64,000 bases of DNA from an uncultured delta proteobacterium (lineage in GTDB: Bacteria; Myxococcota_A; Polyangia; Polyangiales; Polyangiaceae). Numbering within the stretch: the stretch's first letter is position 1; each line of letters opens with the position of its first letter. Positions 8,877 to 19,259 of the stretch are shown here, piece after piece. A model generated the notes under the pieces. The model was not told the DNA's origin. It searched no databases and worked only from the letters and a program-made list of their open reading frames with translations. A program made the position numbers and the translations under genes. The DNA lies in the NCBI GenBank assembly GCA_963841435.1, contig CAWJCS010000006.1:1216001-1280000 (forward strand). The letters are read 5' to 3'.

Positions 8877-9759
8877 GTGCTCCTCCCGGAAGTCGGCGCC
8901 CCGCGTCTCGGTTCGTGGGCTAGCAAGGCGCTTTGCGTCATCGTGGCGATACTGCTCACCTTTGCCTGCACCCCCGCGGGTAAGAAGAGCAGTGCGGCCG
9001 CTCGCATCGAGGTCGTCGAGCTCGTCAAGGCAGCGTCCGAGGACGTGCGAGAGCTCCACGACGGCCTCCCCGTGGGTGCCGACGCCTTCGCCAAGCTCCT
9101 TCCCGACACTGGCCTCACCGGCCTCGAACCGAGTGAGGCACGCGAGGCGTTGCTCAAGGTGCGCAACCGAGTTCAGGACCTCCGCGTCGCCAAGTTCGAC
9201 CTTCTTCGCCCTCGTCGCGCCCACGGGTGTCGTCGTGCGTAGCGATGGTGAGCAGGACCGGCTCGCGGGCAAGGACCTCTTTGGCTCCTTTCCGGGGCTG
9301 CGCGGCGCCCTCTCCGGAGCCCCGGTCGTCGCGCTCGGCTCCATGCCCGAGGCGGCCGAGGTGCGGGGCCGCCCCGACGCAGAGCGCGTGGTCGGCGCGC
9401 GCCTCGAGCGCGACGGCAAGGTGATCGGGCTCTACGCGAGCGGCTGGTCCTGGTCGGCCTACGCCTATCGACTCGAGAACGCCGCTCGCAGCACGGCTCG
9501 CAGCGCGCTCGAAGAGGGCGCGAAGATGCCGCTCATTTATGTCTACGTGATCGTTGGACGCGAGGTGTACGGCGCGCCCGTTTCTCCGGACGTGAACGTC
9601 AAGGCGGTGCGCGACCTCGACGTCGTGACGAAGATCCACGGCGCCGAGCCGTTCGCGACCGAGCTCGAGATCACGGGCAGGGAGTTCGGCATCGCGGCCC
9701 TGCGCGCCCCCGCGCTCGGCGACGGTATCGCCGTGAGCGTGCTGCGCAGCGAAACCTGA
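8877..9759 (+). CDS. Putative lipoprotein (possible Cache-like periplasmic fold); apparent +1 frameshift at ~9195
   Basis: Lipobox-like LLTFAC in ORF 8553..9242 joins ORF 8962..9759 (RVAK|STFFALV) if one T of AAGTTCGAC is removed. Start uncertain. Confidence 0.65.
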
Positions 9760-9766
9760 GGCGACC

Positions 9767-9988
9767 TCAGCGCGACACGTGCCGGGCTGGACCGAGGCGC
9801 CCGAAGCGGTGCAGCGCCACGAACGAGACGACGATTCCTGCGACGGTGAGCCAGCGCGCGAGCTCGTCGTCGTTCAGTGCGAGCAGGATGCCGAAGAGCA
9901 TCGAGGCGGCGCCGATCACGATGAGGAGCCGCGCGCGGCGCTCGTCGCGCTCGATGCCCTGCTGGGCGCTTTTCTTGCTCACGGCCAT
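9767..9988 (-). CDS. Small two-TM membrane protein
   Basis: Two hydrophobic helices, C-terminal HRFGRLG; its start overlaps the upstream gene's end. Confidence 0.7.
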   Translation of the reverse strand: MAVSKKSAQQGIERDERRARLLIVIGAASMLFGILLALNDDELARWLTVAGIVVSFVALHRFGRLGPARHVSR

Positions 9989-10522
9989 TTCTCCGCGTGA
10001 GCGCGCACGAGAAAGTCGCGCACGTCTCGTCGCAGCTTGAGCTCGGCGGTCACCGTCGTCTCCTGGTGCTCCTCGCCGACATGGTCATCGTAGAGGTAGT
10101 CGGTGTCGTGCAGCACGAGCACGCGCGCGTCGCTGTCCTCGCCGAGACCGCTGACGAGTTGCAGCGCGTCGCCCATGCTCGGGTCCCGGGGTGGCAACGC
10201 GGGGCCGAGCGCGTTGCGCTCGTTCGAACGTCACGTAGGCGACGCCGTACTTTCGACCCTGCGCTGCGACGTCAACCTGCAGCTGCCTGCCGGGTGCCAG
10301 AGCCACCGGTTTGCCGTGCACGGGTAGGTCGTGCTCGTCCTGGAATGCCTGAAGCACGATCTCCATCGCGCGCCGCTCGTCGAGCGGGCGTGTCGGGTTC
10401 GCGGCACGCGGTGGCGGCGATCCGCAAGCTTGGACGATCATCGTCACGACCAGCCAAGCGAGGCTCGCTCGCGCGCCCCGAGGGCGCGAGAGCCTGCTCG
10501 CGAGCCGGGCTTCCGCTGTCAT
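9979..10522 (-). CDS. Putative lipoprotein; apparent frameshift at ~10225
   Basis: IVQAC lipobox. ORFs 10085..10531 and 9979..10197 join (GVAYVT...ERNALGPALPPRDPSMGDALQLV) if one base is removed at GTTCGAAC. Confidence 0.7.
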
Positions 10523-10572
10523 TGGACGCAAAAGGTAGCCAAGAGGGCGAGGTTTAGCTAGCTCTCGGCGAC

Positions 10573-11205
10573 ATGCCTCGTCCAGGTCCCTCGGCGGTCC
10601 CGACGCTGGCGCTCGCGGGGCTCCTTCTCGGCTGCGCGCCCAAATCGCTGCCGGATCCGCGCGACGCCGCCCGGACCTACGCGGAAGCAGCCGCCCGCGG
10701 GGACGCCGTCCGGATCCACGCCCTGCTGACCCACGAGGCCCAGCGCCGTTTCGGCGCCGAGGGGACGCGCCGCCGGGTGGCCGACGCCCGCCCCGAGATC
10801 GTCCGGAACGGCAGGGCGCTGCTCGCCCCCGGCGTGCGGGTCGAGGGCGAAGCGACCGTGCTTTTGGCGGACGGGGGTGAGGCGGCCCTGAGCCTCGAGG
10901 GGGACTCCTTCCGTGTCGACGCGGCGGCCACCCTGCCGAGCGCGGCGCGCACGCCGGCGCAGGCGCTCGACGGGCTCAGGCGGGCGCTGCAACAGCGAAG
11001 CTATGCGGCGCTCTTGCGCGTGCTCAGCGTGGACACGCGCGGCTCCGTCGAGGGCGACGTGCGCGCGCTCGTCGCCGGGCTCGAGGATGCGTCGTCGCTC
11101 GACGTGCGCGTGAACGGTGACCGCGCGGAGGTCGACGTGCCCGGGGGCCATGCGGTCTCGCTCAGGCGCGAGGGAGGTGTTTGGCGCGTGGAGGACGTGC
11201 GATGA
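10573..11205 (+). CDS. Lipoprotein (NTF2-like/DUF4878-like repeats)
   Basis: LLLGC lipobox; C-terminal LRREGGVWRV; ATGA overlap with the next gene. Confidence 0.7.
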   Translation: MPRPGPSAVPTLALAGLLLGCAPKSLPDPRDAARTYAEAAARGDAVRIHALLTHEAQRRFGAEGTRRRVADARPEIVRNGRALLAPGVRVEGEATVLLADGGEAALSLEGDSFRVDAAATLPSAARTPAQALDGLRRALQQRSYAALLRVLSVDTRGSVEGDVRALVAGLEDASSLDVRVNGDRAEVDVPGGHAVSLRREGGVWRVEDVR

Positions 11206-11960
11206 GCGGAGTCCCGCGCCGCGCGGCGCTCGGCGCTCTCGCGGCGGTCGTCCTTTCCGGGAGCCGGGCCGGCGCCTTCGGTGAGGCCGGCGCCTTCCGC
11301 GCGCGGCTGCTCGCGGCCGGTAAGACCACGCCGGCCGGCCCACGCGGCCTTGGCGCCGAGCGTTGGGGAGCCGAGCTCGTGAGGCGGACGAGCGCGCCCG
11401 CGGCGCTCGTGGGTGCGCCTGTCGCCGCCGACGCGCCGCGCCTGCTCGCCGAGCCGTTCGCCGTCTGGTCGGGACGCGACGACCCCGGGGCGCTCACCGC
11501 CGCGGAGGCGCGCGGTCTCGAGCGGTTCCTAAAGCTCGGTGGGACGCTCGTCGTCGACGATGCCGAGCCCGGCTCGGGCGCCTTCGATCGGGGTGCGCGC
11601 CGCGAGCTCGCGCGTGTCTTGCCGGAGTCGCCGCCCGTACACCTGCCCGAAGCGCACGTGGTCTACAAGACGTTCTACCTCGTGGAGCGCCCGGTCGGGC
11701 GCGTGCTCGGCCCACCCTACCTCGATGCCATCGTGCGCGGGCGCAACGCCCAGGTCCTGTTCCTTGCTCACGATTTGCTGGGCGCGCTCGCGCGCGCCGG
11801 CGAGGGATGGGCGTTTCCCGTCGAGCCAGGCGGCAGCGAGCAGCGCGAGCGCGCGATCCGCCTGGCCGTGAACATCGCCATGTACGTGCTCTGCTCCGAC
11901 TACAAGGACGACGTCGTGCATGCGCCGTTCTTGCTCCAGCGTCGGGGTCGGGCAAAGTAG
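11202..11960 (+). CDS. DUF4159-family protein
   Basis: L.RFL..GG.LVVDD, H.VYKTFYL, RLAVNIAMY.L..DYK.D pattern; RR-containing N-terminus. Confidence 0.75.
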   Translation: MSGVPRRAALGALAAVVLSGSRAGAFGEAGAFRARLLAAGKTTPAGPRGLGAERWGAELVRRTSAPAALVGAPVAADAPRLLAEPFAVWSGRDDPGALTAAEARGLERFLKLGGTLVVDDAEPGSGAFDRGARRELARVLPESPPVHLPEAHVVYKTFYLVERPVGRVLGPPYLDAIVRGRNAQVLFLAHDLLGALARAGEGWAFPVEPGGSEQRERAIRLAVNIAMYVLCSDYKDDVVHAPFLLQRRGRAK

Positions 11961-11987
11961 CCGGAAGCTCGGCTCGGAGCATTCACG

Positions 11988-14192
11988 TTGCAAGCTTGGT
12001 CGACTGCCGAGGGACTGTCGCCGCTCATGGCCTGGGTGGGCGTCGCCGTCGTGGCGGCGTGGCTCGCCTGGCTGTTCGTGGAGCTCCGCGGTGCACCCGA
12101 GCGGCGCGGCGTGCTCGCGCTGAGCGGCATCGCCGCGGCGGCCATCTGTCTGCTGGCTGTCTTGCGCCCGGTGCGCGTCACCTCGCGCGGCAGCCGCGTG
12201 GGACCGCGCGTCGTCGTGCTCGTCGATCAGGCGCGGCGGCTCCGGCTGCCCGAAGGGCGCGCCGATCGCCGGCAAGTGGCGATTTCGGCCGCGCGCGAGG
12301 TCGTCACTCGATTTGCCGACGCGCGCGTCGAGTTGCGCGGGTTCGGCGACGGCCGACTCGAACCGCTGTCGCTCGCAGACCGTCCGAGCACCGAGCGCTC
12401 GCTCGGCGAGGAGAGCGACCTCGGCGCCGCGTTGCGCGATCTGCTCGCGGAGCCCGGTGAGCGACCTGCGAGCGTCGTCGTCGTGAGTGACGGCCGGCTC
12501 GCTCGGCCCGCCGAGGGCATCGACGAGGCCGCTCTCGAGCGCATGATCGCGGCGCCCGGCGTCGTGCTCCACACGGTGCGCGTCACCGAAGACGCGCCAC
12601 GCGACGCGAGCGTGCGTCGCGTGGCCTTCGCGGGCGCCGCCGTCGCTCACCAGCCGTTCGTGCTGCACGTGACCGTCGGCTGTGCGGGCGGCCTCGCCTG
12701 CGACCGGGTCCCCGTGCGCGTCAGCGAGCTCAGGCGCGGGGGGCCCAAGGTGGAGCTTTCGCGTGGCGTCGCGAGCGCGACGAGTGGAGAGGCGACGCTC
12801 GATCTCGAGGTGACCATCGAGCGCGCCGGCCGGCGCGTGATCGAGATCGAGCTCGACGCCCCCGATGGCGACACGGTGAAGGAAAACGATCGGCGGATCC
12901 TCACGCTCGACGTGGCCCGGGAGCGGGTGAGGTTGCTGCACGTGGCGGGGCGTCCGACGTACGACGTGCGCCAGCTGCGCCGTTGGCTGAAGAACGACGA
13001 ATCGGTCGACCTCGTCGCATTCTTCATCTTGCGCACGAATGGCGACGACCCGAACGTTCTCGACGATACCGCCGAGCTGTCGCTGATTCCTTTTCCCGTG
13101 GACGCTTTGTTCACCGAGCACCTGCCGAGCTTCGACGCGGTCGTGCTGCAGGACATCGACGCCGTCGAATACAAGCTCGAGCCGTATTTGCCGGCGCTCT
13201 CGGCGTACGTGCGTGCGGGCGGCGGCCTGATCATGGTCGGCGGTCCTTCGGCGTTCGCGGGCGGCGGCTACGCCGGCTCGCCGCTCGAGGCGGTGCTGCC
13301 CGTCGAGCTTCCGAGGAGGGGCGAGCCCTACGATCTCAGGGGCTTCGAGCCCGTTCCCACGGCGGCCGGGCGCGTGGCTCCTATGCTGCGCGGGGCGTCC
13401 GAGCTGCTCGGCGACAAGCTGCCGCGCATGGAGGGGTCGAACACGCTCGGTCCCCCGCGCCCCTCGGCGATCGTGCTCTGGGAGCACCCGGGCCGGCGTA
13501 CCGACGCCGGCGGCGCGATGCCCGTGCTCGCACTATCGGAGACCGGTGACGGCCGTTCCATCGCGCTCGGCGTGGACGCGACCTATGAGCTCGGCTTCGG
13601 CGAGCTCGCCGAGCGGTCGAGCGGCCGCGCCTACGGCGCGCTCTGGGAGGGCCTGCTCGGCTGGCTCATGCGCGATCCGCGCTATGAGCTCGGGCGCGTG
13701 ACACTCCCTTCGCCGTGCATCGCGGGTGAGCCCACCGAGCTCGAGCTCGTGCCGCCTCCTGGCAGCGAGGGCGTGCTCACGCTCGTCATCGAAGCGCTGG
13801 GCCCGGACGTCTCGCCCGTCGTGGAGCGGCGCCTGCCGCCATCGGGTCGAACCGAGCACGTCGACATCGGACGCTTGCCGCCTGGCGGATACGGCGCTCG
13901 CCTGGCGGTCGGCGCGGCACCGCCCCTGCGCTTCGACTTCGCTTGCGAGGCGGGCGGCGCCGCGTTCGCGGACGTGCGCCCCGATCCAGCGCGGCTCGAG
14001 CGCCTGGCGCACGCGAGCGGCGGACGGAGCGTCGCGCCCGACGCCGTGGCCGATCTGCCCCGTCCCTCGAGCTCCGAGGTCACGGTCGAGCGCCGCACGA
14101 CGCCGCTTCTGCCCGCGTGGGCGTGGACCGCTGGCGCAGCCGCGGCGCTCGGTGCCCACTGGATCTTGCGGCGCAAGCACGGCCTCGCGTGA
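11988..14192 (+). CDS. Membrane protein with vWA-like and GATase1-like (DUF1355-type) domains
   Basis: N-terminal TMs, VVVVSDG, ENDRR, FFILR, LIPFP, YVRAGGGLIMVGGPSAF, C-terminal W.LRR TM. Confidence 0.8.
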   Translation: MQAWSTAEGLSPLMAWVGVAVVAAWLAWLFVELRGAPERRGVLALSGIAAAAICLLAVLRPVRVTSRGSRVGPRVVVLVDQARRLRLPEGRADRRQVAISAAREVVTRFADARVELRGFGDGRLEPLSLADRPSTERSLGEESDLGAALRDLLAEPGERPASVVVVSDGRLARPAEGIDEAALERMIAAPGVVLHTVRVTEDAPRDASVRRVAFAGAAVAHQPFVLHVTVGCAGGLACDRVPVRVSELRRGGPKVELSRGVASATSGEATLDLEVTIERAGRRVIEIELDAPDGDTVKENDRRILTLDVARERVRLLHVAGRPTYDVRQLRRWLKNDESVDLVAFFILRTNGDDPNVLDDTAELSLIPFPVDALFTEHLPSFDAVVLQDIDAVEYKLEPYLPALSAYVRAGGGLIMVGGPSAFAGGGYAGSPLEAVLPVELPRRGEPYDLRGFEPVPTAAGRVAPMLRGASELLGDKLPRMEGSNTLGPPRPSAIVLWEHPGRRTDAGGAMPVLALSETGDGRSIALGVDATYELGFGELAERSSGRAYGALWEGLLGWLMRDPRYELGRVTLPSPCIAGEPTELELVPPPGSEGVLTLVIEALGPDVSPVVERRLPPSGRTEHVDIGRLPPGGYGARLAVGAAPPLRFDFACEAGGAAFADVRPDPARLERLAHASGGRSVAPDAVADLPRPSSSEVTVERRTTPLLPAWAWTAGAAAALGAHWILRRKHGLA

Positions 14193-14238
14193 CCGCGCGG
14201 CGAGCGTGCCCGATTCGGATCTGGTAACCTGCGCGGCG

Positions 14239-16680
14239 ATGCTGCGGCTTCGCGCGCTGGCGCTCGTCGCTCCCTTGCTGCTCGTTGCCGGCAAGGCGCC
14301 CGCCTCGATATGGCCCACGGCGGCACGGCGCGTGGAGCGCGAGCTCGCCGCCGAGGACCCCGACGTGCGGCGTCGCGCCGCAGAGGCCATCGTCGACTTG
14401 CCGCGCGGCGCAGCGCGACGCCTGCTCGATCTTGCGCTCTCTGATCCCAGCCCCGACGTGCGCCTGGCCGCCGCGGAAGTCGCGACGCGCGTGCCGACGC
14501 CCGAGCTCGGCGCGCGGCTTTCGAGTTGGCTGTCCGACTCGGACAGCCGTATTCGCATCGCCGCTGCCGAGGCGCTCGCCGCCCATCCGGATCGCGCCGC
14601 GCTCGCTGCGCTCGGTCGCGCGTCGTCCGACGTCGACGCCGGGGTCCGCACCGCCGTCGCGCGCGCGCTCGGTGCGGCGGGCAGCCCCGAGGCGGTGTTG
14701 CCCCTGCTCGGTCGTCTCGACGACGCCGTGCCCGATGTGCGGCGCGAGGTCATCCTCGCTCTCGGCCGGTTGCGCGACCGGCGCAGCGTGATCCCGCTGC
14801 TCGCCAAGGTCGAAGACCCCGCGGCCGTCGTGCGCCGCGCCGCGGCGCTGGCGCTCGGCGCGCTCGGCGATGCACGTGCCGTGGGCGCGCTCGTGCTCGC
14901 GCTGCGCGACCAGGACGAAACCGTGCGCATGGCCGCGATCGAAGCCGTGGGGAGGCTCGGCGACCCCTCGGTGGTGGCGAGCCTGGTCGCGGTGCTCAGC
15001 GATGCCACAACCGCGGTTCGCGCTGAGGCCGTCAAAGCGCTCGGCCGGCTCGGCACGCCCGAAGCTACGACCGCCGTCGTGAGCGAGCTCGGGCGACGCG
15101 ACGCCGACATCGAGCCGTTGCTCGCCGCCATCCGTCTGGGCGGGAAGCGCGCCCTCGGACCCCTCCGCGTTTGCGTTGACGCACAGCGTGGTCTGCGCTC
15201 GGTCAACGGCTGCGTTCTTGCGCTCGGCGAGCTCGGCGACGAAAACAACGTCGAGCGTGTGCGGCGCGCCCTCGAGCGCGGCGACGCCTCGCCACGCGCC
15301 GCGATCCGCGCGCTCGGAACGCTCGGCCGGCCCGAGGCGTTGCCCACCGTGCTCGAACGCCTCTCCGACCCGGACGGCGCCGTGCGCCGCGAAGCGCTCT
15401 TGGCGCTCGCCAACTTGCTCGATCCCGCGCGGGCCGACGGGCGCGCCGTCGACCCGCTCGTGCGCGCCCTCAACGCTCGTGGACGCTCGTCGGAAGAACG
15501 CCTGGCCGTGCTGTCGCTGCTCGGTCGCAGCGGTGCGCGCCGCGCCGCCGTCGTGCTCGCCGACGTGGCTGCCCATTCGACGAGCGCCGACGTCGTCGCG
15601 GCGGCGCTCGAGGGGCTCGGGACGATCGGTCCGGCCGGCTACGACCGCGTTCTGCTCGAGGGGCTCGATCACGAGGACGGCGCCGTACGCACGGCGGCGG
15701 CGTTGGCCCTCAGGCGGGCCGGCTCCGCGCGCGTCGTCGGGCCGCTGCTCGACCGCTTCGAGGGCGCCGGCGGCCAGGATCGCGGTGCGCTCGGGATCGC
15801 CCTCGCCGGCGTCGCCGTGCACGGCGGCGGGCTGCCCGTCGTCGGGCGCCTGCTAGACGCCCTCGCCGTGAGCCGTGGCGCCGAGCGCGACGGGCTGATC
15901 GAGGCGCTCGGCGAGGTCGGTGCTCCGGCGCTCGCGGCACTCGGCACGCTATCTCGAAGCCGAGATCCCGCCGATCGGGCGAAGGTTGCCGAGGCGCTCG
16001 CCGGGCTGGACGGCGCGACGCCGCTGCTCGCGAAGCTCGGTGCCGACCGCGACCCGGGCACGCGCGCGGCCGCCGTCTGGGGGCTCGGATCGAGCGCGCG
16101 AGCGAGCGAGGCGTCGTGGCTCGCGCGAACGCTCGCCGACGAAAACGTCATGGTGGCCGCGAACGCGGCCGCGGCGCTCGGGCGCGTCGCAGCGAGAACG
16201 AAGGCCAACGTGTCGGCGGCGCTCTGCCGGGCGCTCGTTGACGAGCGTGCCGCCGTGCGAGCCAATGCGCTCGCCGGCCTCGTGCTCGCCTCCGCCGATT
16301 GCACCGACGCCGCCGTCACCGAGCTCTTGCTGCGCGACCGTTCCGAAAGCGTGCGGGCAGCGGCCGCGCGCCTGCTCCTGACGCGCGGCGGGCCGGAGGC
16401 GAGGGATGCCCTCTCGCGCTGCGCGGACGAGGACCAGAGCGCTCGCGTCGCCGCCGTGTGCAACGACGCCGTTCGCTCAGCGACGTCCCGCCGCGAGCCC
16501 GCTCTGGTGTTCGTCGTGCCCGTGGGGGAGCTGGACCCGGCGCCCGGCGCGCCGTTCGCGCTCGGTTTCGCCGATGGCACGGAGCGGCTGGGCTTGGCGG
16601 ATCGGCGAGGCGCCGTATTCGAGCGCAGCGCACCGTTCGGGTCGCTTTCGCTCGAGCTCTTTCCGAGCGGAGGCGATTGA
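14239..16680 (+). CDS. Exported HEAT/PBS-lyase repeat protein
   Basis: Signal peptide followed by many L.D.D..VR.AA..ALG repeats. Confidence 0.85.
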   Translation: MLRLRALALVAPLLLVAGKAPASIWPTAARRVERELAAEDPDVRRRAAEAIVDLPRGAARRLLDLALSDPSPDVRLAAAEVATRVPTPELGARLSSWLSDSDSRIRIAAAEALAAHPDRAALAALGRASSDVDAGVRTAVARALGAAGSPEAVLPLLGRLDDAVPDVRREVILALGRLRDRRSVIPLLAKVEDPAAVVRRAAALALGALGDARAVGALVLALRDQDETVRMAAIEAVGRLGDPSVVASLVAVLSDATTAVRAEAVKALGRLGTPEATTAVVSELGRRDADIEPLLAAIRLGGKRALGPLRVCVDAQRGLRSVNGCVLALGELGDENNVERVRRALERGDASPRAAIRALGTLGRPEALPTVLERLSDPDGAVRREALLALANLLDPARADGRAVDPLVRALNARGRSSEERLAVLSLLGRSGARRAAVVLADVAAHSTSADVVAAALEGLGTIGPAGYDRVLLEGLDHEDGAVRTAAALALRRAGSARVVGPLLDRFEGAGGQDRGALGIALAGVAVHGGGLPVVGRLLDALAVSRGAERDGLIEALGEVGAPALAALGTLSRSRDPADRAKVAEALAGLDGATPLLAKLGADRDPGTRAAAVWGLGSSARASEASWLARTLADENVMVAANAAAALGRVAARTKANVSAALCRALVDERAAVRANALAGLVLASADCTDAAVTELLLRDRSESVRAAAARLLLTRGGPEARDALSRCADEDQSARVAAVCNDAVRSATSRREPALVFVVPVGELDPAPGAPFALGFADGTERLGLADRRGAVFERSAPFGSLSLELFPSGGD

Positions 16681-16683
16681 ATC

Positions 16684-17616
16684 GTGGTCGCGCCGATCGT
16701 GATCGACCTCGGGATCGCCGATCCGCCGCAAGAGTCGGTGCAAGTGCTCGCGAACGCCTGCTCCCAGGCCGCAACCGACACGACCTGTTACCTCGTGCGG
16801 CAAGCTCCCGAGGGTCCGTATGCCGCGATCGCCATCGTGACGTGGGAGGCGGACGATCGCGTTCGCATCGAGGTCGGTCTGAGGCGGGCGGAAGGTGCCG
16901 AATGGCGCTCGCGCGATATCGCTTTCCAGGTCGCCGACGCCGAGATCGAGCGGTATCGTAGCGTCGGGTTCGTCATCGGGACGCTCGCGAGCGCGGACAA
17001 ATCCGAGCTCGCGCGGCGACGCGAAGTACCGAGGGCTGCCCCGGCGTCCGTCGGACCGCCGCCCACCGAACGTCGGCGACCGCCTGCGAAAACCGCGCCC
17101 CCTCCCGAGTCCGCCCAGCCGGCGCGCGGCTTCATCGTCGTTGCGGCCGCGGGCTCGCGCGCGACATCCGAAGGCGCGCCACGCCTCGGCGGGCAGCTGC
17201 GCGCCGGAGTGCTCGTCTATCCTCGCCTGCTGCTGCTGCTCTCGACGGGAGCTTCGGCGCGCGCGCGCGACGATCAGGGCTTGGTGCTGAGCTGGTTGGA
17301 TGCAGGCGGCGGGCTCGGTTGGTCGCTAGGCCCCGGCTCGGGCCTGCGCCTCGAGCTCAGGCTCGAAGCCGTCGTCGAGCGACTGGCGGCTGAAGCCCGG
17401 ACGCCACGGGGCGTCAACACGCGCAGCCGGACGCAGCTGGCGGCGCGGCTCGGCGCGGACGGTGTCGTGCCGCTCGGCGGCTTCGTGTCGCTCGTGCTCG
17501 GCGTCGAGGCGCTCGGCCGTGGCTCCAAGACCTACTTCAGCGTCGAGGGAGCGCCGGCGGGCGCCACCGAGCTCGTGCAGCTAGGCGGTGCCCTCGGCGT
17601 CCGCCTCGATCTCTGA
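16684..17616 (+). CDS. Hypothetical protein with Pro-rich linker and C-terminal beta-strand-rich (OM barrel-like) domain
   Basis: Alternating amphipathic strands ending LGVRLDL; starts 3 nt after the HEAT gene. Confidence 0.6.
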   Translation: MVAPIVIDLGIADPPQESVQVLANACSQAATDTTCYLVRQAPEGPYAAIAIVTWEADDRVRIEVGLRRAEGAEWRSRDIAFQVADAEIERYRSVGFVIGTLASADKSELARRREVPRAAPASVGPPPTERRRPPAKTAPPPESAQPARGFIVVAAAGSRATSEGAPRLGGQLRAGVLVYPRLLLLLSTGASARARDDQGLVLSWLDAGGGLGWSLGPGSGLRLELRLEAVVERLAAEARTPRGVNTRSRTQLAARLGADGVVPLGGFVSLVLGVEALGRGSKTYFSVEGAPAGATELVQLGGALGVRLDL

Positions 17617-17670
17617 CCGAAGGAGGCGCGCGTGGGGCTCGCTCGACCGCGCGCCCGGCCGGCGGGAAAA

Positions 17671-18411
17671 TCAAGGTGGGGGCAGCCCCTCGCAGCGGCC
17701 CGTGTTGAGGTCGCAGTAGCGGTAAGGTCCGCACTGGAACATGCCGGTGCAGGCTCGGCACTCGTACTGGGCGCAGATCGGCTTGTCGAGCGGGCAATCG
17801 AACGAATCGCGACAGTCCACGCACGTTCCACCCGGCTGCAGGCACCGATCCGGCGCACAGTGGAGGTCCACCGTGCACTCGACGCAGAAAAAGAAGAACT
17901 GGTCGCAGAAGGGTCGATCGAATGGACACTGGTCCGAGGTGCGGCAGCTCGGCGTGCATTCGTAGAGCCCCTGGTAGGTGTTGCAGGCCTTGCCCGGGCT
18001 GCAGTCGAAGTCGCTCAGGCAGGCGATGCAGCGACTCAAATTCGTAGTTCGATCACGGAAACAGATGGGGGTCCCCATCGGGCAGTCGGCGCTCGCGACG
18101 CACGCGATGGGTCCGGCGCCTCCTTGGTCGTCACCACCTTCCCCGGTGAGCGCACCGACGTTGCCAGTTCCACCTGCGGCCACGGCGCCCCCACGACCCG
18201 CGGCACCCCCGGCCGCTGCGGGCGGGTGGCCCCCGGAGCTCGTCCCCGAAGTTTGCGTTCCGGCCGCCGCGCCCGACCCACCGGCCGCACTCGAGCCACC
18301 CGCGCCGCCGGATCCCTTGCTCGCGCCGCTCGAGAGAAGATCGAAGTTTTCGCTCGCGCAGCCCCACGCCATGGCAAGCGCTACGGCGAGGATTCGGCTC
18401 GGGCGACTCAT
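17671..18411 (-). CDS. Lipoprotein with Gly-rich linker and Cys-rich repeats
   Basis: AMAWGC lipobox; repeated C.s..dC....p.C motifs. Start could be 18423 or 18474. Confidence 0.8.
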   Translation of the reverse strand: MSRPSRILAVALAMAWGCASENFDLLSSGASKGSGGAGGSSAAGGSGAAAGTQTSGTSSGGHPPAAAGGAAGRGGAVAAGGTGNVGALTGEGGDDQGGAGPIACVASADCPMGTPICFRDRTTNLSRCIACLSDFDCSPGKACNTYQGLYECTPSCRTSDQCPFDRPFCDQFFFFCVECTVDLHCAPDRCLQPGGTCVDCRDSFDCPLDKPICAQYECRACTGMFQCGPYRYCDLNTGRCEGLPPP

Positions 18412-18620
18412 CCGGAGCGCCATTCTAGCCTCGCCACCGGGCAGGCGCCGCGCGTTGTGCGCTTCCGTGGCCACGGGAGATTTTCGGAGCAGGTGTCATC
18501 GGGCAGGCGAGCTTTGGGGACGTGCAGAAAGCGGCTGGCGAGAAAAAGGCTCGCAAAACCGGGAACAAGGCCGGCGTCGGGGTGCCTGCTCGCTGGGACA
18601 ATGAGGTACACTACTATCTA

Positions 18621-19259
18621 GTGACACAAGCGGTCAGAACCCTGGCGGCTCGCCTACGAGTCATCGACGGCGGCGCTGACCCCCGTGCCTCCGGGCCTAC
18701 CGACGAGGAGCTCGTCGAAGCCGTTCAAAAGGGCGATGCCGCCGTTGCGAGCCTGCTCTACGACCGCCTGCTGAGCGCCGTCGATCACGCGCTGTATCGG
18801 GTGTTCGGCCGGCGCGAGCACGACCACGACGACCTCGTTCAGGCCGCGTTCGAGCAGATCGTGCTGACGCTCTCACGTCGCTCCTACGCTCGCGCCTGCA
18901 GCCTGCAGACCTGGGCTTCGACCATTGCGACGCACGTTGCCTTCAATGCCCTTCGAGCCCGGCGCCGCGAACGGCGCGTGTTCGACCGAGATCCCTCGAG
19001 CACGGCGGACGCCGAGCCCGTGTCGAGCGCCAATCTCGAGCGCGCGGCTGGCGCGCGGGCTGACCTCGCGCGCGTGCGGTCGTCGCTGGTGCAGATGAAG
19101 CCCGAACGCGCCGAGACGGTGTTCTTGCACGACGTGCTCGGTCACGACCTTGCCGAGATCGCGCTGATGACGCGCGTCTCCGTTTCCGCTGCGCAGTCGC
19201 GGCTCGTGCGCGGCCGACGAGAGCTCAGGCATCGCTTGTCGAAGGAGGCGTCTCCGTGA
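18621..19259 (+). CDS. ECF RNA polymerase sigma factor
   Basis: Region 2 (DDLVQAAF...W...IA.H) and region 4 (LHDVLGHDLAEIA...SRLVRGRREL). Confidence 0.9.
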   Translation: MTQAVRTLAARLRVIDGGADPRASGPTDEELVEAVQKGDAAVASLLYDRLLSAVDHALYRVFGRREHDHDDLVQAAFEQIVLTLSRRSYARACSLQTWASTIATHVAFNALRARRRERRVFDRDPSSTADAEPVSSANLERAAGARADLARVRSSLVQMKPERAETVFLHDVLGHDLAEIALMTRVSVSAAQSRLVRGRRELRHRLSKEASP

